Assembly: GCA_900617105.1 (NCBI GenBank) | Contig: UYFQ01000032.1 | Location: forward strand, 434,001-498,000 | Length of the DNA stretch: 64,000 bases | Direction: 5' to 3' | From: Hydrurus foetidus | Taxonomy: Eukaryota | In this document: positions 43,333 to 52,827 of the stretch, one piece after another | Numbering within the stretch: position 1 is the stretch's first letter | How the letters are laid out: each line of letters starts with the position of its first letter | Position numbers and translations under genes: made by a program | The notes under the pieces: model-generated | What the model saw: the letters and a program-made list of their open reading frames with translations, nothing else | What the model was told of the DNA's origin: nothing | Databases searched by the model: none

Positions 43333-44604
43333 ATGCTAGTCGAGTTCCGTATCAAGAACTTCCGCAGCCTGCGCGACGAGCAGGTGTTCAGCCTTGTGGC
43401 ATCCACCGACAAGACCTTGCTGGACACCCATGCCCTGGATACTGGGCTGAAGGCTGCCCCGCATTTGCTCAAGAGCGCGGTGGTATATGGTGCCAACGCC
43501 AGCGGCAAGTCCAACCTCATCAAGGCCTTGCAGTACATGCGTAGCGTGGTGCTGGAATCGGCCGCTCTGCAGCCGGGCCAGACTTTTGACCGACTCCACC
43601 CTTTCAAGCTGGACGCAACATCTGGCAGCCAGCCCACAGAGTTTGAGGTCACCTTCATCCTGGCCGGGGTGCGTTACCAGTATGGCTTTGCCATGAATGC
43701 GCAACGCATCGTCAGTGAGCAGCTTTTGGTCTACAAGGCGTTCAAGCCGCAACGCTGGTTCGAGCGCAACTTTGATGCGGAAAGCGGCAAGGATGTGTAT
43801 GCGTTCGGCCCCAGCTTGAAGGGTGCCAAGAACCTGTGGGAGGGTGCGACTCGATCCAATGCTTTGTTCCTGTCAGTGGCTGTGCAACTCAACAGTGGGG
43901 CATTGCGCCCGGTGTTTGACTGGTTTGCCAACCGGCTTGTCATCTTCAACGAGCAGTCGCCGCTGTCTCCACAGTTTTCGGTACAAATGCTCAAGCGAGA
44001 AGAGCAGCGCAAAGCCATTTGTGAGTTCCTGCGCGCTGCCGATATCAGCATCGCCGACATTGAAGTGGCGACCAAGCAAGCCATGGTGCAGACCATCAAT
44101 TTCGATCTCGCTACCGGCAAACGCGAGGAGGCAGCCGGTGAGCAGGCCGTGGATGAAGTGAAGTTCCATCACATCACCGAACACGGCAAGGCTGTTTTTG
44201 ACCTGATGGACGAATCCAGTGGTACCCGCAACCTGTTGTTCCTCACCGGGCCTATCCTGGACATTCTCAACAAGGGGCAAACGCTGGTGGTAGATGAACT
44301 CGATACCAGCCTGCACACCTTGCTGGTGCAGGCTCTGGTGCGCTTGTTTCACCGCCCTGAAATCAACACCAGTGGCGCACAACTGATCTTTACCACGCAC
44401 GACACCTCGCTCCTCGATGCTTACGGCTTGTTCCGACGCGATCAGGTCTGGTTTGCCGAAAAGCGCTCGGATCAAAGCTCGTCGCTGTATCCGCTGCTTG
44501 ACTTCAGCCCGCGCAAGAATGAAGCGCTAGAGCGCGGTTATCTGCAAGGGCGCTACGGTGCACTGCCCCTTTTGCGCAATCAGTCCCTGGGAGTTAAGCA
44601 CTGA
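43333..44604 (+). CDS. RloA/AbiEii-like ABC ATPase (AAA_21)
   Basis: IKNFRS, Walker A GANASGKS, ESSGT signature, Walker B LVVDELD, TTHD, YLQGRYGALP. Confidence 0.92.
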   Translation: MLVEFRIKNFRSLRDEQVFSLVASTDKTLLDTHALDTGLKAAPHLLKSAVVYGANASGKSNLIKALQYMRSVVLESAALQPGQTFDRLHPFKLDATSGSQPTEFEVTFILAGVRYQYGFAMNAQRIVSEQLLVYKAFKPQRWFERNFDAESGKDVYAFGPSLKGAKNLWEGATRSNALFLSVAVQLNSGALRPVFDWFANRLVIFNEQSPLSPQFSVQMLKREEQRKAICEFLRAADISIADIEVATKQAMVQTINFDLATGKREEAAGEQAVDEVKFHHITEHGKAVFDLMDESSGTRNLLFLTGPILDILNKGQTLVVDELDTSLHTLLVQALVRLFHRPEINTSGAQLIFTTHDTSLLDAYGLFRRDQVWFAEKRSDQSSSLYPLLDFSPRKNEALERGYLQGRYGALPLLRNQSLGVKH

Positions 44605-45278
44605 TGGGGCGCGACAACCAGGCCAAAGACCGGCAGTTGCGCCGCAAGGCAACCAAGGAAGCGCAGCGTGCCAGTTACGCCCGCATCCTGATCGTGACCG
44701 AGGGCAGCAAAACCGAACCGCTGTATCTGGAAGAAATCCGCGCCGTGCACCATCTGCATTCCGCCAATGTGGAAGTCCAGCCGGGTCAGTTGGGCACCGC
44801 ACCTGTCCAGGTGGTGCGTTATGCCCAGCAACTGTTTGAAGAAGGTGATCTGCGCAAAGGCATTCGCCCCAAAAGCTTCGACCAGCTCTATGCCGTGTTT
44901 GACCGCGACGACCACGACAGCTATTTCAACGCTCTGGATGTGGCGAAGTCGCTGGATGGCAAGCTGCGCAATGACGACAGGATGCCAGTCAGCTTCACGG
45001 CCATCGCTTCCATTCCCAGCTTCGAGCTGTGGTTGTTGCTGCACTACGAGGATATTCAAGCACCTATGCACCGTGATGAAGTGATGAACCGTTTGAAACA
45101 GCACATCCCCGGCTATGACAAAGGCGCAGGCGGCGCGTTTGCGACCACCCGTAACCTGCTGGAAACGGCGACGCAGCGGGCGCAGGCACTCGCAGCGAAG
45201 TTCAATGCCTACACCGACCCTGAGCCCTTCACCGCTCTGCACGAACTGGTCACGCTGCTGACCACGCTACGAGCCTGA
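44604..45278 (+). CDS. RloB-family protein (TOPRIM-like)
   Basis: LIVTEGSKTEPLY, VFDRD, SIPSFELWLLLHY; TGATG overlap with the ATPase stop. Confidence 0.9.
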   Translation: MGRDNQAKDRQLRRKATKEAQRASYARILIVTEGSKTEPLYLEEIRAVHHLHSANVEVQPGQLGTAPVQVVRYAQQLFEEGDLRKGIRPKSFDQLYAVFDRDDHDSYFNALDVAKSLDGKLRNDDRMPVSFTAIASIPSFELWLLLHYEDIQAPMHRDEVMNRLKQHIPGYDKGAGGAFATTRNLLETATQRAQALAAKFNAYTDPEPFTALHELVTLLTTLRA

Positions 45279-45300
45279 AGAGGGGGCAATCCAAAACCCC

Positions 45301-46218
45301 TCAAACAAACTCCCGCTCCCGCAGCCACTTCGTAGCAATCCACTTCTCCCCCGCGATCACGGGCGCACCGCCGTGCAGGCTTTTGGTCGAGGGATGCGCC
45401 TTGTCATAGCTGAAAAACACCGCGTTCCCGCGCTTGGGGGCGATCTCTAGGCTGACATCGGGGAAGGTGGTGCCGCCGCCTTTTTCGGGCTCACTCAGGT
45501 AGACCAGCACGGTCGCCACGCGCTGGCCGCCGCGCAGCAGGATGGTGGGGGTGCCGGGTTCTTTGGGGTCGAAGTAGTCGTAATGGGGTTTGTATTCGGC
45601 ACCGGGGAGGTAGTGCAGCACTTGCAAGCCTTCGCCGTTTTCGAGGGGCCAGTCGAACAGTTTGGCGATGCGGGCTTCCAGGCGTTTGACGACTTCGTTG
45701 TCGCCTCGGGGGAAAAACATGCCGTTGCTGGTGCGGTCGGCGTTGACCTCTTCGCCGCCGGTTTGGGTGGAGACGGTCAGCGAGCGGGCCAGGCGGGGTT
45801 TGGCGGCTGCGATCAAGGCATCGCATTCGTCATCGCTCAGCATGTTGCCCAGCACCAGGATGCGGGGGTTCTTCATCACGCTGAGCACATGGACGTGGCG
45901 GTCGCCCGCGTCGAGGTACAGCGCGGAATTGTTCAGGTTGGCATCGGGCACGGGCACGGCGAGGGGGATGCTGTCTTGCACGGCCCTTTGCGCGGCTTGT
46001 TGCGCCTGCAACTCAGCGGCCAACGCGGGGTGGGTCTGGGGGGCTAAATGGGCTTGCAAGGTGGTTTCCATCGCCGCGATGGCCACGTCTTCTTGCCAGC
46101 CCGCGTCGCGCATGGACTGCAACACATCCTCAGGTTTGCACCCTGCGGTGGCTTGCTCGATGATCCACTGGCGCAACTGGGGCGTGATCGCTTGTACGCT
46201 GCTTTGCTTGACGTTCAT
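45301..46218 (-). CDS. 2OG-Fe(II) oxygenase (prolyl 4-hydroxylase-like)
   Basis: RTSNG, EGLQVLHY, PHYDYF, GGQRVAT, LHGGAPV..GEKWIATKW. Confidence 0.95.
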   Translation of the reverse strand: MNVKQSSVQAITPQLRQWIIEQATAGCKPEDVLQSMRDAGWQEDVAIAAMETTLQAHLAPQTHPALAAELQAQQAAQRAVQDSIPLAVPVPDANLNNSALYLDAGDRHVHVLSVMKNPRILVLGNMLSDDECDALIAAAKPRLARSLTVSTQTGGEEVNADRTSNGMFFPRGDNEVVKRLEARIAKLFDWPLENGEGLQVLHYLPGAEYKPHYDYFDPKEPGTPTILLRGGQRVATVLVYLSEPEKGGGTTFPDVSLEIAPKRGNAVFFSYDKAHPSTKSLHGGAPVIAGEKWIATKWLREREFV

Positions 46219-46287
46219 CCGAATGGCTCCTGAAAAATCGCTACCGCACCATTGCTAAGTCATTCCGACATGACTTGCACATCACCT

Positions 46288-47064
46288 TCAAGTGTTTATT
46301 TTGCGCCGAAATACCATGCGCTCAGGGCTGGACACTTCGGCCGCGAACGCATAGCCCTCTAGGTTAAAGCCTGCGAGCTTTTGGGGGGTGGCGATGCGGT
46401 GTTCGACGGCGTAGCGCACCATCAAGCCACGTGCCCGTTTGGCCATGAAGCTGATGATTTTGTACTGGCCGTTTTTAAACTCTTGGAAGACGCATTCCAC
46501 CACGCGGGCCTTCAGCGCTTTTTGATCGACGGCTTTGAAATACTCTTGCGAGGCCAAGTTGATGACCACCGGGCTGGCGTCCACCGCCAGCCGCTGGTTC
46601 AGGTACTGCGAGAGCGTGCTGCCCCAAAACTTGTAGAGGTTGCTGCCCGCCTCGTTGGCAAGCGTGGTGCCCATTTCCAGGCGGTAAGGCTGCATCAAAT
46701 CCAAGGGCCGCAGCACGCCGTAGAGGCCGCTCAAGATGCACAGGTGGTCTTGCGCCCAGTCGAGGTCTTGGGGTTTCAGCGTTTTAGCGTCCAGCCCACC
46801 GTACACATCGCCATTGAAGGCCAGCACGGCTTGCTTGGCGTTTTGTGGGGTGAATTTGGGCCGCCACGCTTGGTAGCGGGCCACATTGAGGCCCGCCAGC
46901 GCGTCGCTCAGGTGCATCAGCTCAGCGATGTCTTGCGGGGATTTGGCTTTGAGCAGCTTGATGAGCTGGGTCGATTGTTTGACGAAAACAGGCTCAGTGT
47001 GGGGCGCGTCACCCGCAGGGGTTTCGTAGTCGAGGGATTTGGCAGGGGAGATGAGAAACAGCAT
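46288..47064 (-). CDS. yaaA: Peroxide stress protein YaaA
   Basis: ISPAKSLD, SGLYGVLRPLD, YRLEMG, NLASQEY, AKRARG. Confidence 0.96.
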   Translation of the reverse strand: MLFLISPAKSLDYETPAGDAPHTEPVFVKQSTQLIKLLKAKSPQDIAELMHLSDALAGLNVARYQAWRPKFTPQNAKQAVLAFNGDVYGGLDAKTLKPQDLDWAQDHLCILSGLYGVLRPLDLMQPYRLEMGTTLANEAGSNLYKFWGSTLSQYLNQRLAVDASPVVINLASQEYFKAVDQKALKARVVECVFQEFKNGQYKIISFMAKRARGLMVRYAVEHRIATPQKLAGFNLEGYAFAAEVSSPERMVFRRKINT

Positions 47065-47129
47065 GGAAGGCATCCTTTAGGGGAATTATCGACCCCGATT
47101 CAGGCAACCCCGCCTACCCAGTCCCAGTG

Positions 47130-47429
47130 TTAAACCGCCGTCAGCGGCTGCGCCACCAATTTCACACCCAACGCTGCACAGACACGACTGATGGTGTCGA
47201 AACGCGGATGAGCGTTAGGACGCAGTGCTTTGTACAAGGCTTCGCGCCCCAACCCAGCGGCTTTGGCGATATCGGTCATGCCGCGAGCGCGGGCAATCGT
47301 GCCCAAGGCATCGGCCAGCGCAGCGGAGTCGTTTTCTTCCAGAACAATCGTCAGGTACTCAGCCACAGCCTTTTCATCTGGCAAGTACTCGGTCATGTCG
47401 AATTCGGGTAAGTTTTTGATTGAATTCAT
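47130..47429 (-). CDS. Addiction-module antidote (HTH antitoxin), orphan
   Basis: FDMTEYL...ALGTIARARGMTDIAKAAGLGREALYKAL...PRFDTISRV. Confidence 0.9.
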   Translation of the reverse strand: MNSIKNLPEFDMTEYLPDEKAVAEYLTIVLEENDSAALADALGTIARARGMTDIAKAAGLGREALYKALRPNAHPRFDTISRVCAALGVKLVAQPLTAV

Positions 47430-47437
47430 TCTTTTAG

Positions 47438-47455
47438 TGTATTCGATCGAATACA
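47438..47455. promoter_or_regulatory. Perfect 18-bp palindrome, probable antitoxin operator
   Basis: TGTATTCGATCGAATACA, 8 bp upstream of the antidote ATG. Confidence 0.7.
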
Positions 47456-47468
47456 AATCACAACCACA

Positions 47469-47801
47469 TCGGGTGCGATTCAAAATGATGCGGGTTGAAA
47501 CCGTACGACTGCCAGCAGTTTTTGGGGTCGGATTCCAATATGGCCGCGAAGCGCCCGCAGGGATGCCCAAAGGGCAGGGCATTTTGGACTCTGACCCCAA
47601 TAACTGCGGGTTCAGGGTGGTGCGTTTAAGACCTGCGCGGTTGGCCCCGGTTTATTGGGGTCAGAGTCCAAAATCCACCACCCTTCGGTTGTCCCTATCG
47701 GGTGCTTCGCATGGATATTGGAATCCGACCCCAAAAAACCTGCACCGTGCCCGAATCAAAGTTGCCTCCGCAGTAAACACATCACTTTGAATCGCACCCG
47801 A
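47469..47801. repeat. 333-bp nested inverted repeat (REP doublet/REPIN- or MITE-like)
   Basis: 47469-47490 vs 47780-47801 (21/22), 47519-47541 vs 47715-47737 (23/23), 47581-47603 vs 47652-47674 (23/23). Confidence 0.9.
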
Positions 47802-47918
47802 CCACATCAATGCTTCATTCTGGGGTTACCACGCTTGGTGAAAATTTAAAGTTACGTTATAGTAAATTGATTACGAATAGTTAAACTCTCAACCGTTTTA
47901 ACCATCAATCCACTCACC

Positions 47919-48470
47919 ATGACCACCACCCTGCCCCCGCCTGCCCCCATCCAGCAGCTGCACCACTACGCCTACCGTGCCCGAGATGCCGAAGAGACGC
48001 GGCACTTTTACGAGGACATTTTGGGCTTGCCGCTGTACCACATCATCGAAGCAGACCATGTGCCCAGCACGGGCGAATACTGCCCGTACACGCATTTCTT
48101 CTTCCGCTTGCAAGACGGCTCGTTCATCGCGTTTTTTGACTTGGGCGACGATGAAGCGTCCTTGCCCAGCCCGAACACACCACTGTGGGTGAACCACGTT
48201 TCGTTCCGGGTGAACACGGTGGCAGAGCTGGAAGCCATGAAGACACGGCTGGAGGCTGAGCATGTTGAGGTGCTGGGTGTCACTGATCACCGCATCTTCA
48301 AAAGCATCTACTTCTTTGACCCCAACGGCGTGCGCCTGGAGCTGACGGCGCAGTTGGCCGATGAATTTGAGATGCTCAAAGAAAGCGCCACCGCCCGCAC
48401 CCGGCTGGACGCTTGGACGGCCCGTAAAGCCAAAATCAGAGAGGCCAAACTGGCCGCTGTAGCAAGCTAG
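47919..48470 (+). CDS. VOC/glyoxalase-family protein
   Basis: LHHYAYRARDAEETRHFYEDILGL, NHVSF, SIYFFDPNGVRLE. Confidence 0.92.
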   Translation: MTTTLPPPAPIQQLHHYAYRARDAEETRHFYEDILGLPLYHIIEADHVPSTGEYCPYTHFFFRLQDGSFIAFFDLGDDEASLPSPNTPLWVNHVSFRVNTVAELEAMKTRLEAEHVEVLGVTDHRIFKSIYFFDPNGVRLELTAQLADEFEMLKESATARTRLDAWTARKAKIREAKLAAVAS

Positions 48471-48559
48471 AAAAGCGCAAGAAGCGCAAAAAGCTACTTA
48501 TTTCCTAGCAGAATTCAAATTCGAACCCAAAAACCAACCCCCGACAGCAGGAGACAACC

Positions 48560-49567
48560 ATGCCTACCCCCTTCACCCGTCGCACCTTGGCCCTGGCCAT
48601 CACATCAACCTTGCTGGCCGGCGGCTTGCTGAGCACCGCACCCAGCTTCGCTCAAACCAACATCACCAGCTGGCCTGCCAAGCCCTTGCGCTGGATCGTC
48701 GGCTACCCGGCCGGTGGCGGCACGGACTTTTTGGCCCGCACCATCGCCGCGCAGGTGTCCACCCAAATCGGCCAGCCAGTGGTGGTGGACAACCGCCCCG
48801 GCGCAGCGGCCATCATCGGGTCTGAGATCACGGCCAAAGCGCCGGGTGACGGCTACACCGTGTTCACCGCCGACAACGGCGTGCTGGTCTATAACCCGGC
48901 ACTGTACAAAAAGCTGCCTTACGACCCAGCCAAAGATTTCGCCATGATCGGCCTGATGGCCCGCGCACCGCTGATGCTGGTGGCCGCGCCCAGCGCCGAT
49001 ATCAAAGACGGCAAAACGCTGCTTGAGCTGCTCAAAAAGAACCCCGGCAAGTACACCTACGCCACGCCCGGCAACGGCAGCCCCCACCACTTGGCGATGG
49101 AGCTGCTGAAAAGCCGCGCCGGTCTGTTCGTCGTCCACGCACCCTACCGGGGCGCTGCGCCCGCGCTGCAAGACGTGATGGGTGGCCAGGTGCCGCTGAT
49201 GATGGTGGACACACCCAGCGGCATCAACGCCGTCAAGTCGGGCAAACTGGTGCCGCTCATCATGCTGTCGGACAAACGCATCCCCCAGCTGCCCGATGTG
49301 CCCACGGCCACCGAGTTGGGGCTGAAAGACCTGCAAGCCTACGCATGGCAAGGCATGGTGGTGCCCGTCAGCACACCCAAAGAGCTGCAAACCCGCCTGA
49401 CCAAAGAAGTGCAAACCGCGCTGGCCGACCCCGCCGTCAGAAAGAAACTCTCGGATGCCGCCTGGGAACCCATCCCCAGCGATGCCGCCGCCATGAGCGC
49501 CTACACCGCCTCGGAAACCAAAATCTGGCACGCCCTCATCAAAGAGCGGGGCATCACGCTGGAGTAA
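48560..49567 (+). CDS. Bug/TctC substrate-binding protein
   Basis: YPAGGGTD, DNRPGA, DGYT, PYRGAAPA. Confidence 0.93.
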   Translation: MPTPFTRRTLALAITSTLLAGGLLSTAPSFAQTNITSWPAKPLRWIVGYPAGGGTDFLARTIAAQVSTQIGQPVVVDNRPGAAAIIGSEITAKAPGDGYTVFTADNGVLVYNPALYKKLPYDPAKDFAMIGLMARAPLMLVAAPSADIKDGKTLLELLKKNPGKYTYATPGNGSPHHLAMELLKSRAGLFVVHAPYRGAAPALQDVMGGQVPLMMVDTPSGINAVKSGKLVPLIMLSDKRIPQLPDVPTATELGLKDLQAYAWQGMVVPVSTPKELQTRLTKEVQTALADPAVRKKLSDAAWEPIPSDAAAMSAYTASETKIWHALIKERGITLE

Positions 49568-49570
49568 GCC

Positions 49571-51439
49571 ATGACTGAACAGTTCAAAGCACCGTTCCAA
49601 GAAGTGGCCTTCGTCAACGGCTACGAATTCACCCAGGGCGAGGGCTACACGCTACCCGTTTACCCGTTTGTGGAGCCCGAGGAAATCCACAGCGGCCAAG
49701 CGCACAGCGCCACAACGGTCCACCCCATCGTCATCGTCGGCGGCGGCATCACGGGCCTGACGCTGGCCTGCTCGCTGGCCCGCCTCGGCATCAAAGCCGT
49801 TCTGCTGGACGAAGACGACACCGTGGGCGTCAAAGGGGCCTCGTCACGTGGCATTTGCTACACCCAGAAATCGCTGGAAATCTTCCACAAGCTGGGCATT
49901 TACGACAAGATCGCCGCCAAGGGCGTGCAGTGGAGCGTGGGCCGGACCTTCGCGGGCGACGACGAGGTGTACGCCTTTGACTTGGCCCAACAGGCCGCCT
50001 ACAACCTATCGACCCAGCCGCCCTTCATCAACATCCAGCAGTTCTATATCGAGGGCTTTTTGGTGGAGCAAATTTACGCGCTGGGCCATGTGGATATCCG
50101 CTGGAAGAGCCGTGTCACCGCGTTCAAGCAACACCAGAACGCTCAAGATACGCAGGATGGTGGCGGTGAATTTGCTACGCTTTCAATAGCTACTCCCGCT
50201 GGTGAGTACAGCTTAAACGCCCGTTATGTGATTGATGCCACCGGTGCCCACAGCCGCTTTCGCAGCTGGTGCAACGCATCCGTCACCGCCAAAAAGGGGG
50301 ACGACCGCTGGTGCATTGCCGATGTGCGCTTCACCACTCAGCCGCCCACCGAGCGCCACACCTGGATTGAAGCGCCGTTCAACGAGAACCGCGCCGTCTG
50401 GCAGCACCTGATGGCCGATGGCGTGTGGCGCATCGACTACCAAATGGCCCCCAACGCCGATGCCGCCTACGTCAGCCGCGAAGACGTGGTGCGCGAACGC
50501 CTCGCCCGCCAGTTCGGCCCGGACGTGGGCGTGGATATCGTCTGGGTCGGCCCCTATGCGTACAAGAGTGAATGCATCGACCAGATGCGCCACCAGAGCG
50601 TGTTCTTCATGGGCGACTCGGCCAAGGTGGTCAGCCCGTTTGGTGCGCGGGGCGGCAACACCGGCATCGCCGATGCCGACAACCTCGCCTGGAAGCTAGC
50701 TGCCGTGCTGCGTGGCGACGCAGCCCCCCAGCTGCTCGCCAGCTACCACGAAGAGCGCCACGAAGCGGCGCAAGAAAACGTTCAAGTCACCAACCGCACC
50801 GCCCGCTATTTGCGCCCCGCAGACGGCATGGAGCGCGTGTTCCGCAGCGCCACCATCAGCCTCGCCAAGCAGTACCCGTTCGCTCGCCAGTTCGTCAACA
50901 CCGGGCGCATGGCGGTGGCCAACAGCTATCAATTTTCTAGCGCCTGTAGCACTTCTGACGGGCTGCAAGGGAGTATTTCATTGCAGAACGTAGCGTTTGA
51001 ATGGGGTGGGCAAGTTGCAGGGGCAAAGGCAGACGCGAACCCGCTCAAGCCCGGCGTGGTGAGTGATTTGCTGCGCTGGGCCGACGGGCGCTTGCTGGTA
51101 CTGGCCTTTGGCCCCTTGAACAAAACCGCCCTGAAAAACCTGCGTAGCCTGACCCAGGACGCTCCCGTGCGCTGCGTGCAGGTGCTGGACGGGCAGACTC
51201 AGGATGGGCAAACAGCCGACGCGCCCCCTGCGCTGGAATGCCTGATTGACCGCAATGCACGGGGAACGGGCCAGTTGCGCAGCGGTTGCCACATCCCCGC
51301 CAGCAGCCCCACAACGACGACAACCCCCCACCGCCTCACGCCCTGGGCCTTAGTCCGCCCCGATGGCTATCTGGCCGCCACCGGCAAAGCCTTGAATGGC
51401 AGCGTGGTGCAAGCCTTGCAAAAATCTTTGGGAATGTGA
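49571..51439 (+). CDS. FAD-dependent monooxygenase (MhpA/PHBH-like)
   Basis: IVGGGITG, DATGAHS, GDSAKVVSPFGARGGNTGIADADNLAWKL, LVRPDGY. Confidence 0.93.
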   Translation: MTEQFKAPFQEVAFVNGYEFTQGEGYTLPVYPFVEPEEIHSGQAHSATTVHPIVIVGGGITGLTLACSLARLGIKAVLLDEDDTVGVKGASSRGICYTQKSLEIFHKLGIYDKIAAKGVQWSVGRTFAGDDEVYAFDLAQQAAYNLSTQPPFINIQQFYIEGFLVEQIYALGHVDIRWKSRVTAFKQHQNAQDTQDGGGEFATLSIATPAGEYSLNARYVIDATGAHSRFRSWCNASVTAKKGDDRWCIADVRFTTQPPTERHTWIEAPFNENRAVWQHLMADGVWRIDYQMAPNADAAYVSREDVVRERLARQFGPDVGVDIVWVGPYAYKSECIDQMRHQSVFFMGDSAKVVSPFGARGGNTGIADADNLAWKLAAVLRGDAAPQLLASYHEERHEAAQENVQVTNRTARYLRPADGMERVFRSATISLAKQYPFARQFVNTGRMAVANSYQFSSACSTSDGLQGSISLQNVAFEWGGQVAGAKADANPLKPGVVSDLLRWADGRLLVLAFGPLNKTALKNLRSLTQDAPVRCVQVLDGQTQDGQTADAPPALECLIDRNARGTGQLRSGCHIPASSPTTTTTPHRLTPWALVRPDGYLAATGKALNGSVVQALQKSLGM

Positions 51440-51462
51440 CTGTGAATGCGACTGTGCCAACC

Positions 51463-51669
51463 ATGACAACCTTGAACACCCAGCCTCACATCACCGACGT
51501 GGACGGTTTCTACGAACACCTGCTCAACGCCCACGTGGGCCTGAGCCGAGACGATTCAGAAGCCCTGAACGCCCGGCTGATCTTGCTGCTGGCGAACCAG
51601 ATTGGCGACACCGTGCTGCTCAAGCACTGCGTGGATGCGGCTAGGACAAGCAAGCCTTTAGGAGGGTGA
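51463..51669 (+). CDS. DUF2783-family small protein
   Basis: DGFYEHLLNAHVGLS..SEALNARLILLLANQIGD. Confidence 0.88.
   Translation: MTTLNTQPHITDVDGFYEHLLNAHVGLSRDDSEALNARLILLLANQIGDTVLLKHCVDAARTSKPLGG
51620..51641 (+). repeat. 22-bp direct repeat, left copy
   Basis: TCAAGCACTGCGTGGATGCGGC, identical to 52805-52826. Confidence 0.9.
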
Positions 51670-51823
51670 GTTCGGCTGTGTGCAAATTGCGCGGGGGTAA
51701 AACGCAGCGCTGCTAAGTGAGTCACATCGTGGTGGAAGCCCACCCCAAGGCACTTTAGGCCATCAGCACTCGTAGAATTTGCGCAAGCAGCTATCAAAAA
51801 ATAGTGAACTGAAAAAAATTACC

Positions 51824-52756
51824 ATGAACAAATCCCCCAATCCCACCGAATCAGCGAGCCATATTGCTGTTTTTCAGGAGTCCAGTATCCGGCGTGTCTG
51901 GCACAACGAGGAATGGTGGTTTTCAGTAGTGGATGTTTGCGCCATCCTGACTGCGAGCCCGAATGCTGGGGCGTATTGGCGAAAACTCAAACAACGGCTT
52001 AATGCGGAGGGAGGCCAACCCGTGACGTTTTGTCACGGGTTGAAACTGCTGGCCCCAGACGGCAAACAGCGTGAAACCGATTGCGCAAACACCGAGGGCT
52101 TGTTCCGCATCATCCAGTCCATCCCGTCACCCAGAGCCGAGCCGTTCAAACGCTGGCTGGCGCAGACAGGCTACGAGCGGGTGAAGGAAATCGAAAACCC
52201 CGAACTGGCCAGCGCCCGTGCTCGTGAGTTGTACCAAGCGAAGGGCTACCCGCAGGCGTGGATAGAGAAGCGGCTGCGTTCCATCTCTGTGCGCGGAGAA
52301 TTGACCGACGAATGGAAAGTCCGGGGCGTAGCAGAAGGCAAGGAATATTCCATCTTGACCGCCGAGATCGCCCGCGCCACCTTTGGCATGAGCCCCAGCG
52401 AGCACAGCCAGCTCAAAAAACTGGATCAGGTCAAAACTGGCAACAACCTTCGCGACCACATGACGGACCTGGAGCTGATCTTCACCATGTTGGGAGAAGC
52501 CAGCACCACCGAGATTGCCCGGCGCAGTGATGCCCTGGGTTTTGTTGAGAACCGCACATCCGCCAAACAGGGCGGCACCATTGCCGGTAACGCGCGCAAA
52601 GCGCTGGAGGCCCAAACGGGCAAAGAGGTAGTCAGCAAGGCCAATTACCTTGAAGCACCCAATGCACTGGATTTGCTGGGCGATGCCTCGCCCGCGCAGC
52701 CTGGCAAGCCCAAAGCTCGTGCGAGGGTGAAGGCACCTAAGAGCGATGGGGTATGA
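51824..52756 (+). CDS. BRO-N domain (phage antirepressor-like) protein
   Basis: IRRVW..EEWWFSVVDV, YWRKLKQRL, IQSIPSPRAEPFKRWLA, NLRDHMTDLEL. Confidence 0.9.
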   Translation: MNKSPNPTESASHIAVFQESSIRRVWHNEEWWFSVVDVCAILTASPNAGAYWRKLKQRLNAEGGQPVTFCHGLKLLAPDGKQRETDCANTEGLFRIIQSIPSPRAEPFKRWLAQTGYERVKEIENPELASARARELYQAKGYPQAWIEKRLRSISVRGELTDEWKVRGVAEGKEYSILTAEIARATFGMSPSEHSQLKKLDQVKTGNNLRDHMTDLELIFTMLGEASTTEIARRSDALGFVENRTSAKQGGTIAGNARKALEAQTGKEVVSKANYLEAPNALDLLGDASPAQPGKPKARARVKAPKSDGV

Positions 52757-52804
52757 CACTTGCCGTGGGTCAGCGCAACTAGACCACAAATATGGACTAA
52801 CGGA

Positions 52805-52826
52805 TCAAGCACTGCGTGGATGCGGC
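52805..52826 (+). repeat. 22-bp direct repeat, right copy (displaced DUF2783 3' end)
   Basis: Identical to 51620-51641 and continues in frame as KHCVDAAKATAG-stop. Confidence 0.9.
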
Positions 52827-52827
52827 G

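Noticed and set aside
47130..47790. ORF extensions through the palindrome (47130-47600 minus from its first start, 47230-47790 plus)
   Set aside because: They merely read through the repeat; the antidote homology starts at ATG 47429.
47469..47801. CRISPR array or retron msr-msd
   Set aside because: Repeats are inverted, not direct with spacers, and no cas or reverse transcriptase gene is in the window.
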